A DNA stretch of 64,000 nucleotides from Amoebidium appalachense (GCA_963693365.1 CAVNZM010000013.1:1637817-1701816), one strand, 5' to 3'. Counted from the stretch's first letter, positions 45,801-59,890 are shown. A program made the numbers and translations. The notes: generated by a model not told the origin, from the letters alone.

Positions 45801-47362
45801 TGTGTAAGGATATAATCACGTGGCTCCGGTGGCTTGCCTCCCTCGATGCCGAGGCCAAACGGGAATGGCAGGCAGGGGGGGGACGAGCTGCACACGGTCT
45901 TAATCTTGAGTATTTCGGATACAAAAAGGTTAAGAAAATAGCACAAATGTGTGTGATAGAGGATGACGTGCTTTATCATGTGGCTAAGGATGGTCGTCGT
46001 TGCCTGTATGTGCCCGAAATTCTTCGTGCTGATTTATTAAGAAGTGTGCACAACGGGGGGGCTCATACTGGCATTGAACGAACTTACGAAAGATTATACA
46101 ATTACTTATTGGCCACGCATGCACAAAGATATCACTGCTTATGTGAATGCCTGCACACAGTGCCAAGGCCGTAACGATAACCCACACTTGAGAAGTAGGC
46201 CATTTGAACAGAGATACGAAAATTTAAAAATGTTCTCTCGTGTTTCTGTTGACCTTATGGGTCCGTTCACAGAAACGAAAAATGGTAATACTTTCATTTG
46301 TGTGTTTATGGATATGGCAACGAAGTCTTTAATCACTGTGCCCATCCAATCTAAGCATGCCGTTAATGTTGCACATGCACTCATGAATGTAATTTGCTAT
46401 ATACACGGCCCCCCTCGTACACTCTTGAGTGATCAAGGATCAGAATTTCTCAATGAGCTAATTGTTGAGATTTGCCGTATAGCAAATATTGCACAAGTGA
46501 GCACCTCTGCATATCACCCACAAAGCAACGGTTCCAATGAACGGTCTCATAGATTTATTAATAATGCACTCTCAAAGTACGTTAATTATGAGCACACTAA
46601 TTGGGACACTCTGTTGCCGATGGTTACACATGCATACAACACAACAACACACAAAATTTTGCAATGTACACCGTATTATCTTGTGTACGGGCAAGAAGCA
46701 ACACAATTCCCTGACGTTGCCCTTCTTAGCAGTAACCACCCGGCACTCAAGGACCCAGAGTGGAAGGCATACCGGCGAGAGTTACTAGCCCGTCTGCCTC
46801 TGCTCCGTGCTGTGGTCGGCAGCAACGTGCCGTACGAGAGCCCCCAGGCCCCTCGGTGGCTCGTGAATTTAAGAAGGGTGCACGGATTCGTGTTCGGAAT
46901 CAAGCCAAAAATATCGGTGCCTGGGATGTACGGTGGATTACGGGTTACGAAATCGTCAAAAGGGTCGGCCCGGTCACGTACGAGATCCGAAGCTTAGCAA
47001 CTATGAAGAAATCTAAGTGGCACGTGGACGATATTCAGCTTGAATTGAGTGAGCAAAATAGAATTCGGCCTCAAGATCTCTCTCACCTCCCGGACACGGG
47101 CGATAGTCACAATTTCAACAAGGTTCTGCCGGACGAGTGGGTGGTGGAAAAGGTGCTTGACGTAAGAATTCAGAAACGGCGCAAGCAATCCACCCCTTAC
47201 AAGTGGTACCAGATCAAGTGGGCAGGCAAAGATGAATCATTCACCTCTTGGGAGTGTGAGAAAGACTTAGCCTGCCCGGACAAGATCCGAGAGTTCCACC
47301 AACGCAGAGGTGACCTTGCATCGTTCCACGGATACATTGACTCATTGTGTGGAGCATGGTGA
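42867..47362 (+). CDS. pol: Pol polyprotein (protease, RT, RNase H, integrase, chromodomain), split by ~3 frameshifts (~44035, ~46100, ~46820)
   Basis: PR ALFDTGAS and IIGNDF; RT YRLLTDFRALN, APQGL, YADD; RH CDAS, ERETHAI, ESDHKP; IN H-H-CC, SVDLMGP, SDQGSEF, YHPQSNGSNER; chromodomain EWVVEKVLDVR..YQIKWAG.DESFTSWECEKDL. Confidence 0.93.
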
Positions 47363-47402
47363 CGTATGTCGAGGACGACATACTTCTTTTTACGGTGGGG
47401 CG

Positions 47403-48011
47403 TGTGGTATATTATACCGGATATCTAGTATGGATGTACACAGGTTGAGATATACGCACACGTGTACATGTATATATACCACTGTGTTTGATCTTAGGTA
47501 GGCCAGTATGCATGTCTCCCCCCAGTCTTGTGCGCATGAGCAAGAAGTTAAACATATGTGCACGTGCAGCTTGCAGAACTATTCATGGGAAAACAGATAT
47601 AATAGTCACATGGGACCGACACGTAGTAGAGGAACCATGAGCGTTAAGTTATAGTTTTATCATGGGAAAATATGCAAGTAGCCGTGAGGTATGACTGTGG
47701 AATGCATCGATAGTCAAGTACTGTCACCCGATTGGCTCACTAAGTTTATTGGAACCGTGATAGCCATGGGACAGAACCGTGAACCGTATGTGATTGGCTC
47801 GTAGCCAAAAAGCACATACCGATGCGCATGTCTGAGCCGCTGTGCGAGCTCCGATATAAGGGCATGTCGGGGGCTTCAGAGCTCACTCAGTGTGCTCGGC
47901 TTACTAGGTGTAAGTAGGACTAGCACGTAACTAAGCAAAGCGTGGTCTAGTCAACCCCGTTCATTTATAAACATATTGTTTGTCACAGACACACGATCAT
48001 AGTATACAACA
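47403..48011 (+). repeat. 3' LTR of chromovirus
   Basis: Direct repeat of 40286-40894, followed by the TSD CCCAG. Confidence 0.95.
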
Positions 48012-49357
48012 CCCAGCGCCACACAAATCACAACCCCCCCCCCCCCCCCCCCCCCCTATCCCTGCTGCCGCCGCCGCCTCCAACCACACACGCGCACGTA
48101 CGCCCCGAGACTCCGAGGTTCATGGTTTTTTGTTCTCGAATGCACAATCAAAGTTTGCACTTCTTCCTTTCCCAACAACACCACCAGTAATGTGTGACCG
48201 CTTCCCATTCTGGCACGTTATTGTGCTCAGCCTGTTTTTGCACACAGAAGTAGCTTCTCTACCATTCCGCCAAAGACTAATACGTCACGCACCGCTCTCT
48301 TCTGCTCGTACTCGTCAATATAATAATACGTCATGACTGCTTCTCACCACCTACACCATTTTTTATTCCCTCGGATTGACAACTCCCAATATGCTTGCCA
48401 CTTGGTTTTTTAAACAATTTATTACTGAGCGCGAGCCCCCCTCCCCCCTTCCCCGTCTCCACGGCTGCTCTTTTTTTTCCCCAAAGCTATTTTATCTTTT
48501 TTATTTTTTTATTTTTTTTGCGTGTGTGCGTTGGGGGGGGGGGGGGGGGGGGGGGTTGCCTCTTGAGTATTATTAGTGGCGGGGATCTTATTGACGGATG
48601 GTACATGTGGCTGTCCTTTTCGCTGCAGCTGTTCTTTTCTCTATTTCGGGAAAGTTACTTTTTTTTAGGGTTTGCCATATTCGGGTAATTCATAGCACTG
48701 TGGACAGATATCTAGATGTGTGCGAGCGAAAATTGTACCATTCCTTTCCTGTTCCGGAATCTATTTTTTTTGAGTGGGTATTTCCCTTTCTAAAAGGAGC
48801 AGGGTGTACGCTGTCACATAAATAAACCATAGTGGCACTCGAAAACCCTCTGAGTGTATGCCTTAACTTAGTAATAACACAATGCAATATTTCACAGTGT
48901 ACCAAGTATGCAAGGCCGCTTCTGAAACAACTGGGAGCTGGTTGCCTACCGATGATCAGCTGCATAGTAAACCGACAAGTGTGTGCACATGTGTACTCAA
49001 TAAATTTTGCTGCACTACAAGCATGTTTCTCTCTGTTCTGTAGTTTCAGTGACCGTAAAAAAAAAAAAAGCCACTCCTCTCTTGTCGTCTGTGTTGAAAG
49101 GACAAAAAGGATGCCGGCCGTGCTCAACTTTTTTACTTTTTGATATGTATACCTGCATGTGTGCGAGTGTGCGCCCGTCAGCTTGTGTGTGTGTGTGATG
49201 TCTATACATATGTGCGTTCATGCGCGTGTGGTCGGGCGTTAACTCGTTAACTTTTAAATATGCAGTTTTGCGGGTGCATGTGTGTGTGTCTTCTATCCAT
49301 CGTGTGTGTGAGTACCAGCCTGGATCACCTACATGCATATTATGTTTGTCCTCTGCA

Positions 49358-49411
<54 letters not shown>

Positions 49412-49546
49412 CCTCCTCCTCATCCTCCACCTCCTAACTCCTACACTCCTCCTCCGGACATGTACAGTCCTAATGAAACCGCTCGGACTAACAAGACCTT
49501 CCAATAAACGCTTAAACTCCACCGACACCAGGGTATAGACATGATG

Positions 49547-49620
49547 GGCCGCGTGGCCAAATTGGATAAGGCACCTGACTACGGATCAGGAGATTGCAGG
49601 TTCGAGTCCTGCCGCGGTCG
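49547..49620 (+). tRNA. tRNA-Arg(ACG)
   Basis: ggccgcg tg gcc aaattggataa ggc a cctga ct ACG ga tcagg agatt gcagg ttcgagt cctgc cgcggtc g forms a full cloverleaf; T5 terminator immediately downstream. Confidence 0.96.
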
Positions 49621-50147
49621 ACTTTTTGTCCTTTTGTCCTCCACGCCACTGAACAACGCAATAAACGTGGCTTGGCCTGCCACAGTACGTGCGTGTGTGT
49701 GGAAGGAGGGGGGAGGGGGAAGGGAGGGAGGAGGAAGGAGGGGAGAGTGGGGAGAGAGGAAGGGGGTGGCCCGGGGTGGGGCGCAAGTTTGCCCTTGAAG
49801 GGTCGGATCAACTTGAGTATGATCATGATGGAGAAGGGGAGGGGTCTCGGATCTAGATGGGGACAAAATCATTGTCAAAATGCCTGGTATATCAAAATTC
49901 CAACGGCATGTCATTGAGGTGTGTTGAATATGTGCGCAAAGAAAATATGTGCAGTCGTTTCCTTGACTTGCATGTACATGTGTGTACGCACTTGAAAACG
50001 TGTGCATGTTTGTGTGTGTGCGCGCGCCCTCGCGCGAGTTTTTTGGGGAGGAGGGGAGCCTCGGTAGGGGGTGGGGGGGTTAGTGATCGAAGTTGGTAAC
50101 ATGAATGCGAAGCAATTGTCGGGGTTTTCAGAAGCCTTCGACGAAAA

Positions 50148-50190
<43 letters not shown>

Positions 50191-50705
50191 TGTGTTTCAT
50201 ATGGTTGTGTGCTGGAACAAACATGGAGTTGGTGGCTGCGTTCATGCAGGTATTGATGTTCTGTATGTGTGTGTGTGTGTGTGTGTTCTGTATGTGTGTG
50301 TGTTTGGATGCACGTGTGTTTAGTTGGGTTGTGTTGGGGGGTGGGGGGGTGGGGTTGGGGTTTGGTGGCCCGGGGGGATGGGGGGGGGGGGGGATGACAG
50401 GCCCGAAAAGCAAACATTTGCACAAATGGCTTTATTTCATACCCCGTGCTAAATCGCGCAAAAACACAACAAGGGCTCAGCCTATTGCAGTGTGCTGTTT
50501 GTGCGTGTCTCCCTCGGTCCGGGAACACACCCCCACACATTTCACTATCCTTTACACTGCCCTCTTTCCTAGCTCCTTACCAAAAAACACCCAAAATTAC
50601 ACAAATGGCGCATATTGGTGGTATTGGCGGCATGAACTTGAAGACGATTGGACGAGCCCAAGCATTTTAGCCATATATGGTTATTGGTGAAAAATATTGA
50701 TTGGT

Positions 50706-51507
50706 TTAGAGCTGGGTGAGTGCGAGGGCGGAGACCACGGACACGCCCATCATGACGTAGCCGGTCTTGTAGAGGCCGGGAAGGGTCATGAAGATCACGC
50801 GGTCCTGGAACTGTGTGTGTGTGTGTGTGTGTGTGTGACGGGAGAGGGGAAGGGGGGAGGGGGTGTTGTTGTTGTTGTCAGTAACTGTCAAAAAAAACCG
50901 TTGGACAAATTAACGGATAAAGTAACACAAGCCTCTTCAGCTTGACACTTGAACCCAAGGCAAGATAGCTCGCCCACCCGAAAGAAACGACGTAGAGGTA
51001 GGGGCGAGGGGCGAGGGGGGGGGGGGGGGGGGGGGGGGGGGTCCCACTGACGGGACCCGGCCACGGCAAAAAAAAAAGCCAGCAGAAAGATATACCCCAA
51101 TAAGAAAATCACATACCTGACCCATTTACCCATCATGCACCCCCCCCCCCCCCCCCCCTCACCCCCTTCTCTTCTGCGGGAAAAGGAAAATCCACACACA
51201 TCTTTATGTATACACACAAGCCCCCCCCCCCCCCCCCCCCCCCCCGGGGAACCCACACACAAATCTACAAATTCATAAATACCAAACCTCTAGACAACCC
51301 ACCCACCCACATCCATCCGCATCTATCACTCATGGAGAGGCGAATGGCATTAATGACATCTAACGTGAGGTCGGTCAAGGAGAGAGCAGAATAAAAGAGG
51401 AAAAAAACCTCCACAACACACACAAACAGACACACAGTCACACGACCCCCCCCCCCCCCCCCCCCCTGGGCGCCCTGCCACAAACACACAAATCCACGTA
51501 ACACACA

Positions 51508-51556
<49 letters not shown>

Positions 51557-52350
51557 ACCACACACACACACACACACTACTCACCAAGTGGCGAATGCCG
51601 TTGGCCGTGTGGTAGGTGAAGGGAAGAGCAAAAAAGAACTTTCCAGCGGTGGTGATCTCGGGGCTAAGGTTCGTCTCCTGGATAGAGGCACACACATCCT
51701 CCCACTTGGTGCCAGTGGCAACAACACCAATCGTCACACCGGAAATCACTGGAAAATGGGGACGAAAGGTGTAAGCAAAATAATACAAAACGATGAAAAC
51801 GGGGACAAAAGGGGTAAGCAAACCAATAAAACGTTGGAAATGAGGGGGAAAAAGGTAATCAAACCAATCAAACGTTGAAGATGCGAACAAAGGCAAACAG
51901 GCAAAAGTTCAAAATAGGGACACAAAAGAAGTAGACGTTGAAAATGGGACACGTCTATCAGTCACCCACAATCACCAAAAGACATCCTGGGAGGCGAAAA
52001 AAGAGAGGGGGGGGGGGAGGGGGGGGGGGGGGGGGGGGGGGGGGAGGGGGGGGGGGATCTATTATAGAGTACGAAGCACACATCCATAACGGACAACACA
52101 AAGCAGAGTGCAAATAACACAGACAGGAGTATGCATAGTAAGCAGCGCCCGTCCTCAGGCGGAGAGAGCGGGAGGGGAGGAGGAGGGGGAGAGGGGGCAG
52201 GGATTATGCATAGTTGATTTGTCATAAAATGTTTGGAGGCCGAACACCACTATTGAGTAGAGACACACTTAAAACAGTCACCATCCCACACAAGTCACAA
52301 AGGTAAGGAAAGAATATACGGACTACGGACCAACCGTTGTATGCCAATCA

Positions 52351-52383
<33 letters not shown>

Positions 52384-52592
52384 GCCCCCGTTAATAAAAA
52401 CGAATGTAATACGTGCACGATTGTAGCGTGTATTTGCTTTCTTATGCATGCAATGGCATGCACGCACAACATATAGCCATGCTCAGGGAGTCTTCCCAGC
52501 CCCCCCCCTCCCCCCTCCCCATCCCCTCGCAGAATTAGCCAATGCCAGAAAGTAGTAAGGAGAGGGAAACAGATGATAGATTAGCGTCAAAG

Positions 52593-52641
<49 letters not shown>

Positions 52642-55517
52642 ACCCATTCACCCAAAAAAAAAAACCCCCACTTCCCAGCTACAATATCACATCTCCAATG
52701 GGCACTTCGTACAATGACGGTTATGCAAGAGTCATAATAGGCACACATTCAGACAGGGCTAAGAAGTCTATGTGACACTATGTCCAATTGAAAACTCCAT
52801 CTCCTCCCCAATCCCCACCACACGCACACAGCACGGATAGAGATCCCTTTAAATGAAGTGACCTTAGAAAGGGAAGGGGATTGAGCCAATCTTACAATAT
52901 CCGTGTGCATGTGCATGTGCATGTGCATTCAAGATGACAACGCGAAAGATCCCAAGGAATGTGCATCAGCATTTAAAAGGGCCTATGTGAGCAATATGAG
53001 TGAAGTCACTCGTGTGTGTGTGCAGAGTGCATGTGCATGTGTGTGTGAAAGAGAGAGTAGTTGTGTTCATGTGTGCACCGGACTCACGGCATCACTTAAC
53101 CCAGATACACTCACGTGTCACCAGCCAAAAAGGTTGTCGTTGGTGGAAGAGAAGGGGGGGGGGGGGGGGGGGGGGGGAGGGGGGGGGGGAGGTAAAGAAT
53201 GTGTTGCAACTTCCGCTGTACACAATCACGACGCAAAAGACAACAAAACAGACTTTGGACAGTACACCGGGGGGGAGGATGGGGGGGGAGGGGGATGCAT
53301 ACGAAGGCCGAAACCGACGCCACTGATGCGGTGGCAAATGGAGAGCAGAGAGCTGATCTGGGGGGCATAGATGGACAGGTGGGGGGACATGGGCCGGTTG
53401 AGCCGGGCCTGCTTGGCAAAGAAGTTCTCCTTGGCTGCAGCCGTGCTCTGCCACTGCCTGTGTGTGTACGTGTACGTGTGAATGCACACATGTGTGTGTT
53501 TGTGTTTGTGCTTTCATGTTCGTGCGCGCGTGTGTTTGTTTGCTTGTTCTTTTTTCTTGTGTGCGTGTGTGTGTGCGTGTGTGTTTGTGTGCTTGCTCCT
53601 GGTGATGGCGGGTTTAGCATGTGTGGTGGTGGTGGTGGTGTGTTTGGTGGCGGAGGGGGGTATGTATGTGTGCGAGCAAAGGGGAGGGTGGTCAGCAATG
53701 GGTAAACACCTTGCGTGTGTGTGGCCTAAGCCTTGATGGGGAGGGGGGGGGGGGGGGGGGGGGGCTGCATAAGAGTGGCAAACACATGGAAGCAAGAATG
53801 TAACAACCACTAAACAAACAAGACAAAACGGAATCAGTACAGACGACAACGGAGGGGGGTGATTTGGGTGTGGGGTATTTCTTTTTTTGGGATTGGGCTG
53901 CACTTGAAGAAATTAACTATTTAGCCCCTCTGTATTTGAAAGAGCGGACGTGCCAATAGAAAGACAAGTAGTGTTATCGTAAATACTTTCCTCTTGATAT
54001 ATCTAAATGTGTTCATGCCACGGTGTTGAATAAGGTTTCACATTTTGCTCCGACCTTGGTTTGAGAATAAATCACAAGACCAGTAAGCGAAAGCAAGCAC
54101 ACAGCATGCACCAGAAACAAAGCCATCCTCTGGGGCGCAAGTGATCCACAGTTCGGACATCAGTGGAGTGGAACGAAGATTTCGAATGTGTTAAAGAGGG
54201 TCGAGGGCCGGGGGGGGCGGGGCAGAGAGAGGGGGAGAGAGAGAGGGAGGGAGAAGGGGCGGATGGGGGGAAGCGAGAGAAAGGGATGAGTGCGGGGCCT
54301 TCAGTCATGAACGTGAAAGGAAGGAAAAATGCCTGGAATGCGCGTATGTGATTAGGGCGAGAACGGGATGATGCCGTAGTAGAGTGTGTGTTCAGAGCCT
54401 CCATGGAAAAATAAGTGGCCAGAAAGCGTGCTGGACGACGGGGGGCTGACACAAGAGGAAAGGCGAAGATGATAAACACCCACACAAACGACATGCACAA
54501 GTGCAAATAACAGAGACATCAAAGGGAGAGACATAGGCCGAAGAATGACCGAAAGGAACGACAGGGGATATCACATTCAGCCACATTAGTGACATATGAG
54601 TTGTGTGTTACAGAAGCTACATAGAAGGGAGAGAGAAAAGGGGGTTAGAGAGACAGGGCTTCCGGAAGAAAAAAAAAACGCAGGGAAAAGAATAAAACGG
54701 GGGGGAAAAGGAAGTGTAAGAAACGTACTTGGGAACGACGGCCCTGCAGGAGAGGCGGGCACCTGCACCGAGGTTCAGGGCACCAACCCTGTCCAACCCC
54801 AGAACATGAGACGACATTCAGCATCATGAGCGAAACATGAAAGATTCATGTCAGGTCGGCTACAACCAGCTACCAACCTAAGTGCTTTAGCTCAAGAGTT
54901 CTTCGGTCTCCATTATTGCTAGTGGGTCACAACAAAAGGCCTCCCTACGTCTTACTCAGCGACCAAACCCCGTTCACGTGCACGCCAGGACAGAATAAAT
55001 GACCCACAATCCTGAAAATAGCCCCTTGCCCCCTCGCTCCCAGCCCCCAGCCCCCAAGGCATTCTTCAGTTGCCCCACATCCCTGCCGTCACAACACCAC
55101 CTTTGTACTACCGTGATAACAGAGAAAGTAGCACACGGATAGATGTTAAACGTCGTTTCCTCTTCCATACTCTAGTTTTCTTCCGTTAACACCTTGCGTC
55201 TCAATAACTGCCCAGATTGCTCGACCTCAATGTGCTCTATGATGGTTTACGTGATAAAAAATGGCGTGTAATAATAGAGCTGTCAGCTCTATAGTATATC
55301 CAATGAAAAAATGAATGCAGAGGGAGCTCATCGGAGTGTAATCGGCTGCTTTAGCCTTCACCTAGGCGTTTGTCCTTCTCTCGTGGACCATCACTGCTCT
55401 AGAATCTGCTGCATCAACTCCTTCATCCTCCGAAAAAAAAAACGCCTAAACCGCTATCATGTTCCGAGGTTTCTCTTGTGTAACTTGCCTGCTTGCGAGT
55501 CTCCCAGAGGCGAACAT
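50706..55517 (-). CDS. SDHC: Succinate dehydrogenase cytochrome b560 subunit (170 aa); exons 55489-55517, 54729-54788, 53303-53457, 51585-51748, 50706-50810
   Basis: Spliced CDS is 513 nt in frame: MFASGRLASRVGALNLGAGARLSCRAVVPK (mitochondrial presequence-like) ...LNRPMSPHLSIYAPQISSLLSICHRISG...PFTYHTANGIRHLFQD...LYKTGY. The first exon uses a GC donor and is the least certain. Confidence 0.92.
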
Positions 55518-56385
55518 TCTCGTATATAATGGTGGAGGGATGAGCCCAAAAAACGAAGAAAGGAGAACGAAACGTAGGCCGCAGGGAGGACTGAGGCAAC
55601 TGGAACGGACCGCGCCGCATTTGGACCGCATGTAAAAGCGACACTAGAGGGTATAAACCAATAGGAATCGCGTTTTAAGTTTTCAAAACTCCTTTCCGGG
55701 TGGTTTTTGAACCGGGCGCGTTTCGATTGGGCGACGATTCGTCAATTCGGAATTTGAAGTCTGTAAATAGTCTAACATGTTGATGACGTAGACAGGAACG
55801 GCTTTTCCGTATGTTGTTTGTAGAATAACACTATAAATATTTCGTGTAAAGGTGTATAGGTAGACTAACGGTAAAAAGCCACAACATGAAACGGTGAGAG
55901 CTTCCGGGAGGTGTCACTGAGCAGTCTGTTTGTTTCATGTTCATTGTTAGCCGAGGGATCACATGTTCTCGGAGCGCCTGAGTTGCCACATCTCCACGTG
56001 TAGAAGAGCATGAGGGAACGCATAATTATGTGTGTGACACTGTATGTGCGGTCGGCTGGCTGGGAGGAGAGGGAGGGGGGAGGGGAGGGGGGGGGGGAGG
56101 AGAGAGAAAGATAGAGGGGGGGGGGGGGGGGGGGGGGGATGCACGTGGAAGATTCAGCCTGCCTATGTAGTCAACTACGGACGGATCGGCGAGCACTGGG
56201 AAACCAGCTGAGCAACATAAAAAGCACCTACGATCTGCTTTCCGACCTGTGTAGACCGTTGTTTGCCTGTGCATGCCGTAAATGAGTGAGCGTGCAGATC
56301 CTCCCCCCCCCCCCCCCCTCTTCCCCCCCCCCCCGATTCTCCTCCTCCTCCCCCCCCCCCCCCTCCCTCCGCCTCCCCATCCCCC

Positions 56386-56431
<46 letters not shown>

Positions 56432-56666
56432 ACACACACATGGGCACAGCTTGCAAGCCGTCGTAATCGTTAAACCTGAACAAGCTCTTAAGTTTCTTTT
56501 TTTTCCCCTCTTTCCTCCTCAGACACATACACACACAAAAAAAACGGGGGGGAAAGGCTATGAGCGCGAGAGAGGTTGAGGGCCCGGGGGGGGGGGGGGG
56601 GGGGCTGGATGAGGGGAGGAGTGGGAAGGGGAGGGGGGAGGGGGAGGAGGGAGGAGGGCTTCTTGA

Positions 56667-57614
56667 GGACAACCATCTCCGATAGCATTTGGCGATGTGA
56701 CTGTGACATTACATTGCGGCCCCACGTCAAGACACAGTAAGGTTGAAAATGAAAAATTGGAACGAGAGCGAATGATGGCGTAACCAGTAGAAGAGAAAGC
56801 TGAAGCGAATGGCAAAATATCTGTGTATGTGCGCCTGTGCTGGGGTTGGTTGGGGGGGGGGGAGGAGGGGTGGGAGGGCGGGGAAGGGAGGGGTAGGAGG
56901 TTTACGGACTGGGTAGAGGCTTCAAGTATGTATTGGCCCAATGGCTCGTTTTACTGTATGGCTTCTTGTGGGCCTGGTGCCCACCTATTGGCCACAGTGC
57001 AGAATAAGAAACTGAATAAAATAAAAAGAACGGAGAAAAACTATATGGCTATGTCTGTGTGTGTGTGGGGGGGGGGGGGGGGGGGGGGGGGGGAGGGCAG
57101 AGGTAATTTTTTTAAGAAAACCACACGGCCATCTAGAGAGTACACGGCCATCTAGAGACTCTCTAGATGGCCGTGGACAACCATCTCCGATAGCATTTGG
57201 CGATGTGACTGTCACATTACATTGCGGCCCCTCGTCAACACACAGTAAGGTTGAAAAATGAGAAAATGGAACGAGAGTGAATGGTGGCGTAACCAGTAGA
57301 AGAGAAAGCTGAAGCGAATGGCAAAATATCTGTGTATGTGCGCCTGTGCTGGGGTTGGTTGGGGGGGGAGGAGGGGTGGGAGGGCGGGGAAGGGAGGGGT
57401 AGGAGGTTTGCGGACTGGGTAGAGGCTTCAAGTATGTATTGGCCCAATGGCTCGTTTTACTGTATGGCTTCTTGTGGGCCTGGTGCCCACCTATTGGCCA
57501 CAGTGCAGAATAAGAAACTGAATAAAATAAAAAAAAACGGAGAAAAACTATATGGCTATGTCTGTGTGTGTGTGGGGGGGGGGGGGGAGGGGGGAGGGCA
57601 GAGGTAATTTTTTT
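56667..57614. repeat. ~445-bp tandem duplication (56667-57113 and 57175-57614) with a palindromic junction
   Basis: Near-identical copies beginning ggacaaccatctccgatagc; the spacer contains cacggccatctagaga-c-tctctagatggccgtg. Confidence 0.9.
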
Positions 57615-58073
57615 GAGTCCCGACAGCCGGGGCGGGGGGGGGAGAGGGCGCTGAGTTGCCATTGGGGGGTTGTGGAAGGGGGGGAGGGGTTCGAAGTAAA
57701 ATAAGTTTCTCGAAAATCCCATCCTCCCCCCCCCCCCCCCCTCCCTCCCCCATTATATAATCGCCTTCTTACAACAGTGCTACGTTATGGTGATCCCTCT
57801 GTAATCCCTCCCAGGAGCTTTGAAAAAGGCTGTGTGTATGTTTCTCTTATCGGTATGCCCGTGCAAGGTGTGAGTTTGTGTTGTGTCTTTTGTCCCTTTC
57901 GCTCTCGTGTGTGGGTGTGGGTGTGGCTGTTGTGTGTGTGTGTGTGTGCGTGTGTGTGTGTGTGTGCGTGTGTGTGCGTGCGTGTGTGTGTGCGTGTGCT
58001 TGTGCTTGTGCTTGTGCGTGTGTGTGTGTGTTTGTGTGTTGGGGGCAAAAGCCTGGGAGGAAGGGGGCAGGAA

Positions 58074-58114
<41 letters not shown>

Positions 58115-58390
58115 GGAGAGGCTTCTACGTATATTCAGGAGTACGGCACTGCAGGGTCAAACACCAAAGATCACGTAGTGTAAATATACATCATCTAACT
58201 ATAGCACTAGGCCCGATCAGCACACACGTATCCATTTTTAGTAGGTTTGAACTGAAAACTAAGCGCACAAGGTTTGCATATGCAAAAACACATCTTTCCG
58301 GGGGGGGGGGGGGGGGGGGGGGGGGGGAATTCGAGGATACACGAGTCCGCGCACCATATGCATAGCCACTGTACCGGAAATCACACACTG

Positions 58391-58428
<38 letters not shown>

Positions 58429-58825
58429 CCGCCGCCCGCCCGCCCCCTTCCATACAGGCTTTTGCCCCCGACACACACACACACACACACTCAGACAGAC
58501 GGAGACACACACACCAGACACACACACACGATGACATGCTGTACACACACACATGCGGAGCCACCGCGGTGGAACACACAGGTACGCCGGGATACCCCTA
58601 GACGATCGATTTGTGGTTGTGCCATCAATTGAGAGTAATGTGTCTTTTCATAGTTGAAATTTCGAAATTGCATGTGATTGAGCATAAGTAAGGACCCCAG
58701 CCCATGAATCTTTAGCCCTCAACCCTGCCACCAAGGCCCAGGCCCACAGGGCCATTGTGCTTAACGAATAAGAAAAAAATAAAATCGAAAACAGTACTAT
58801 GAGCCAAATGTGTGCTAGGGAGCCG

Positions 58826-58867
<42 letters not shown>

Positions 58868-58952
58868 AACATGTTTGGAGAGAAGTGCAATCGTTAACCC
58901 TGGGAAATAAGATTAGTGGCGAGCCACTCGTGGATGATGAGAGGAAGAGGGG

Positions 58953-59010
<58 letters not shown>

Positions 59011-59467
59011 CGCACGGCTAGTATATTGCCAAACCTTGACTTCAGTGTACTCACAATGATTAATATTGATCTACGTATACGAATCGATACTGGAATTTCA
59101 TTACTGTATATTGAAAAACACCTTCACGTGAGTTATGTCGGAGCATTCGATGTGAGTAATTTCTCGGGGACAACATTTAACATACAGTATCCTTGTTGTC
59201 TATACATGAGCTATGGGTATAGTCTTGTTATCTTACCCGTCCTATCATATTCTCTGTCTCTCTATCCCTATCTCCCCTCCCCCCCTCCCCCCCCTCTCTC
59301 TCTCTCTCTCCCCTGCCCCTCCCTCCCCCCCCCTCTCCCCTTCTCTCCACCCCCCCCCCCCCTCCCCTTTGAACCCTCCCCCCCCCCCCCCCCCCCCCGG
59401 AAAAAAATCCCTCCCTTTCTCTCATGATGCTTTCATTTTTAAAACATGATTTTGGCATCGTGCTCTT

Positions 59468-59498
<31 letters not shown>

Positions 59499-59510
59499 TC
59501 TCTCTTTTCT

Positions 59511-59543
<33 letters not shown>

Positions 59544-59842
59544 ACACACACACTCTCTCTCTCTCTAGAGATCTCTTTCTCTAGATCTCATTCTCTCTTC
59601 ATCTCTCTCTCTCAAAGACCAAATATAGACCCCCCTGCCAGAGTACACTACACGTAGCAAATTGCGTTTAAATCATGCGCTGGTACGTGTGGTTTCGCTT
59701 TCGCGCCTGCTTTGTCCAGTGTGTGTGTGTACGTGTGTGGTGATGGGTAACGTTGATGTGTGTGTGTGTGTGTGTGACACAGTGACTGTGTGTGTATGTA
59801 TGTGTGTGGGTGCGGGCGCGGTGGTGGTGGTGGTGGCGGCGG

Positions 59843-59890
<48 letters not shown>

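Larger units (their letters stand above)
40286..48011 (+). mobile_element. Full-length Ty3/gypsy chromovirus LTR retrotransposon
   Basis: 609-bp LTRs (TG...CA); 5-bp TSD CCCAG at 40281-40285 and 48012-48016; domain order gag-PR-RT-RH-IN-chromodomain; PPT acggtggggcg before the 3' LTR. Confidence 0.97.

Noticed and set aside
48011-49547. Ty3-style targeting of the chromovirus to the tRNA-Arg gene
   Set aside because: The insertion is ~1.5 kb away; Ty3 targeting is within a few bp of the Pol III start site.
55886-56220. Plus-strand gene starting ATGAAACG|gtgag divergent from SDHC
   Set aside because: Candidate downstream exons hit stops in the frames tried; unsupported.
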